This document shows, piece by piece, positions 8,228 to 10,513 of a DNA stretch of 10,513 bases. Within the stretch, counting starts at the first letter, position 1. The number at the start of each line of letters is the position of its first letter. Origin of the DNA: Paraspadella gotoi (lineage: Eukaryota > Animalia > Chaetognatha); NCBI GenBank assembly GCA_051294375.1, contig JBJCIZ010000337.1, positions 1 through 10,513 on the forward strand, written 5' to 3'. The translations under genes and the position numbers were made by a program. The notes beneath the pieces are model-generated. The model saw only the letters and a list, made by a program, of their open reading frames with translations. It made no database searches and was not told the DNA's origin.

Positions 8228-8375
8228 CAAGGTGTGCCAAAAATCCTTTAAGCGCCGGTAGCGCTAAGGGTGTTGAAGCAAATTGAATGGCGATTGGTAG
8301 AAACCTTGTTTTTTTAGGCCTCCACAAATTATGTTCTTTGAGATATTTAAAACTTGAGAAATTTGGCACACCCTA
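8228..8375. mobile_element. 148-bp MITE with hAT-like terminal inverted repeats
   Basis: CAAGGTGTGCCAAA (8228-8241) and TTTGGCACACCCTA (8362-8375) share an 11-bp perfect IR core. No 8-bp TSD is visible. Confidence 0.55.
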
Positions 8376-8723
8376 GTTTGTCAACTTGTACGTCGAAGAC
8401 TTTAAAAGCCTTTAAAAAGTTTTTGAGACTTACCATTTTCCTAATCCTGAGCTTATCATCGAAGATGGAATCGGAACCAGATTGCAATCGGATCTGCAAC
8501 TCGGATGAGAAATAATAAAAGTGAAAAACGAGGACTCATTTAAATTGAATGTTCTGCAAAGAAAAAATGATATGAATTGATTTCGAAATAGAGTATCATA
8601 AATAGTAAGAACTTATCTTTGACATTGTTATCTCAGAAATAACATTTAATAACACAGTTCCGCACAATATGTAAAAGTTAACCGACATTACCATTTGGAC
8701 ACACTGTATAAATGTATATTGTA

Positions 8724-9313
8724 TAGTGTATAATAAGGCGGAGTAAAATTTCTAAATTTAACTTTAATTAAAATTTTTAAAAGTGATGAACGAATAACAT
8801 TATACTAATGAAAAGTTATGTAATAAAAAAATTTATAATAAATTTTACAATTTACGCAGTAGGCCATATTTATATTAGTACTAAACCATTAAATTTTAAA
8901 ATTTCAAAACAGTTTTTTTTTAAAGATTTTTTTCCAGATTTGGATTCGTCATAAAAAAGTTGATAAAAAGAAATATAACTCTTTTTGAAAAATTCCTTCA
9001 TTAAAATTAACTTTTTATATATTAAATATAGTTTTTTTAATTTTTAACCCACTTAATGAAAGAATTTTTAAAATTGATTTATATTTTCTTTTATCAACTT
9101 TTGACGATTTTATAAGGATAGTACTAAAGGAAAGGACAAACGAAAGGATTATCACAAAGGATAGTACTATATATAAATATAGCCGACTGTGAAAATTAAA
9201 AAAACATAAAATTAATTTTTTTTACAAATTAATGTTCACTGATGGTATGTTGTTCATAATTGACTTTTAGAATTTTCGTATGTAACGTTCACTACGCCTT
9301 ATTGTACATACTA
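8724..9313. repeat. ~590-bp degenerate palindrome (foldback/MITE-like)
   Basis: Concentric inverted matches: 8732-8740/9295-9303, 8857-8875/9171-9189 and 8946-9004/9053-9107. Centre at about 9020-9026. Confidence 0.75.
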
Positions 9314-9345
9314 ATTCTTTTTAAATGAAAAACTATTAATGGCTT

Positions 9346-9355
9346 NNNNNNNNNN
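9346..9355. other. Assembly gap (10 N)
   Basis: Run of N. Confidence 1.
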
Positions 9356-9721
9356 TACGCCTTACTGAATAATGTATATGTATAAAGTAAGATTTCTTTT
9401 AATATAATTTATCCGAATTTTGGCCTCGGGGCATTAAATGTAATAAATGTAACGTCCAACAGTACGTGTAACTCATGACATTTAAAAATTTACTATATTT
9501 TTAAAAAGATTATTGAAGTGGTTACGTCATGGCACGATGTTAAGTTTTTTTATCCACAGTTGAAAACTTTTTCCTGCCATTCAAGATTTTTTAAAGTTGA
9601 AAGAATTTGTTGGTTTGTTGGTAACGTTGGTAATGTGGCGTGTCAAGCGCAGGCCACCACGTTAAAAAATCTTTATTTCACATTATATTACAGTTCCACG
9701 CGCAATATTGACTAAATCGTT

Positions 9722-9948
9722 TTAGTTTTTTTCAATCAAATCCCCAACGCTCCTCAGATCGCGAGCAGTCCGATTAACCATTTCCCTTAGGTCCTCCTTC
9801 GCTCGCCCTTCTCTCTTCATCCTCAGGATTAAATTCTTCCTCTTTCTGCTATTTTACATAGTCTTTGCTCCTCAGAGATTTGATCGTTTTGTGCGCGAGC
9901 GTTTTCTATTGATTGTTTTTGTTGTCGTTGTTGTCATTGTCGTTTATG
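9722..9948 (-). CDS. Candidate indel-disrupted exon encoding an acidic segment and a BH3-like helix
   Basis: Minus-strand T-rich tract plus AG acceptor (9950-9949). The frame 9820-9722 reads MKREGRAKEDLREMVNRTARDLRSVGDLIEKN*. Upstream frames give IENARAQNDQISEEQRLCKI and KEEEFNPEDEERRA. Confidence 0.35.
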
Positions 9949-10024
9949 CTATGAAAAAAAATCAAAATAAAAAAATCAAAAAATCAAAATCAAACTGAAT
10001 GTTACACCGGAATGGATAATTTTT

Positions 10025-10513
10025 AGTCGGATCTGCTTATCAGCAGATCCCGACTCTATAATTCACTTTGTCGGTCCGTTGGTCCGCCCCCTCAATATTG
10101 TCTGGCACTCACTTATATCATGTCAGAACATCAAATTATGATAAATTATGAAAAAAACGCTGTCCGTCCGTCCGTCCGTCTGTTCGTCCGTCCGTCCGTC
10201 TGTCCGTCCGTCCGTTCATCCGTCCGTCCATCCGTCCCACCTTAGCAAAAAACACCAATTACTCATGATTGGATGGATGGATTGGAATGAAATTTTGTGT
10301 GTGGGTAGGGAAGTGTGTGAATGAGCTGTATATAAAGTTTCGATGGAATCGTCAAAGTGGAAATAAGTTTAAATGGAAAAAAAAATAAATTTCACTATTT
10401 GAACACCAATTACTCAAGAGTGGATGGGGCGACTGACTTGAAATTTTGTATTTAGGTAGGGCTCCACGTACGATCGATGTCTTTTAGACAACAAAATCTG
10501 AACTTCAATATTT
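10025..10513 (+). mobile_element. HINE copy 2 (5' part, runs to the window edge)
   Basis: T-run, hairpin AGTCGGATCTGCT-TATC-AGCAGATCCCGACT (10025-10055), CTATA, core, (CCGT)n, CTTAGCAAAAAACACC and internal units 151 bp apart. Confidence 0.8.
10160..10237 (+). repeat. (CCGT/CTGT)n microsatellite of HINE copy 2
   Basis: About 19 tetramer units. Confidence 0.95.

Noticed and set aside
7949-8369. ORFs with APAPAP/EPEPE repeats
   Set aside because: Translations of the GGCTCC hexamer array.
8488-8498. TCGGATCTGCA matching the HINE subterminal IR
   Set aside because: No accompanying hairpin, core or T-run; may be chance.

Overview
AT-rich, repeat-dense eukaryotic DNA, probably animal (invertebrate-like), with one 10-N gap and apparently many small indels. 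No intact gene can be named, and most ORF-track entries come from AG/CT microsatellites. From left to right: (1) the frameshifted N-terminal part of a zinc-finger, R2-group (NeSL/Utopia-like) non-LTR retrotransposon ORF on the minus strand (ATG at 2182, running off the left edge). (2) A family of non-autonomous Helentron/DINE-1-like rolling-circle elements, with 5' ends at 2778 and 10025 and 3' ends at about 5721 and 6330. The first copy appears to contain a tRNA-like module and a canonical Helitron 3' end. (3) A minimal Penelope-type hammerhead ribozyme motif at 7107-7154 (-). (4) A structured GC-rich island, two hAT-like MITE remnants and a ~590-bp degenerate foldback palindrome. (5) A candidate minus-strand exon with a BH3-like motif (9722-9948). 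I see no convincing new biological system. The best leads are the BH3-like exon, the hammerhead, the nested rolling-circle structure and a possible U2 junction. All alignments and translations were done by eye.
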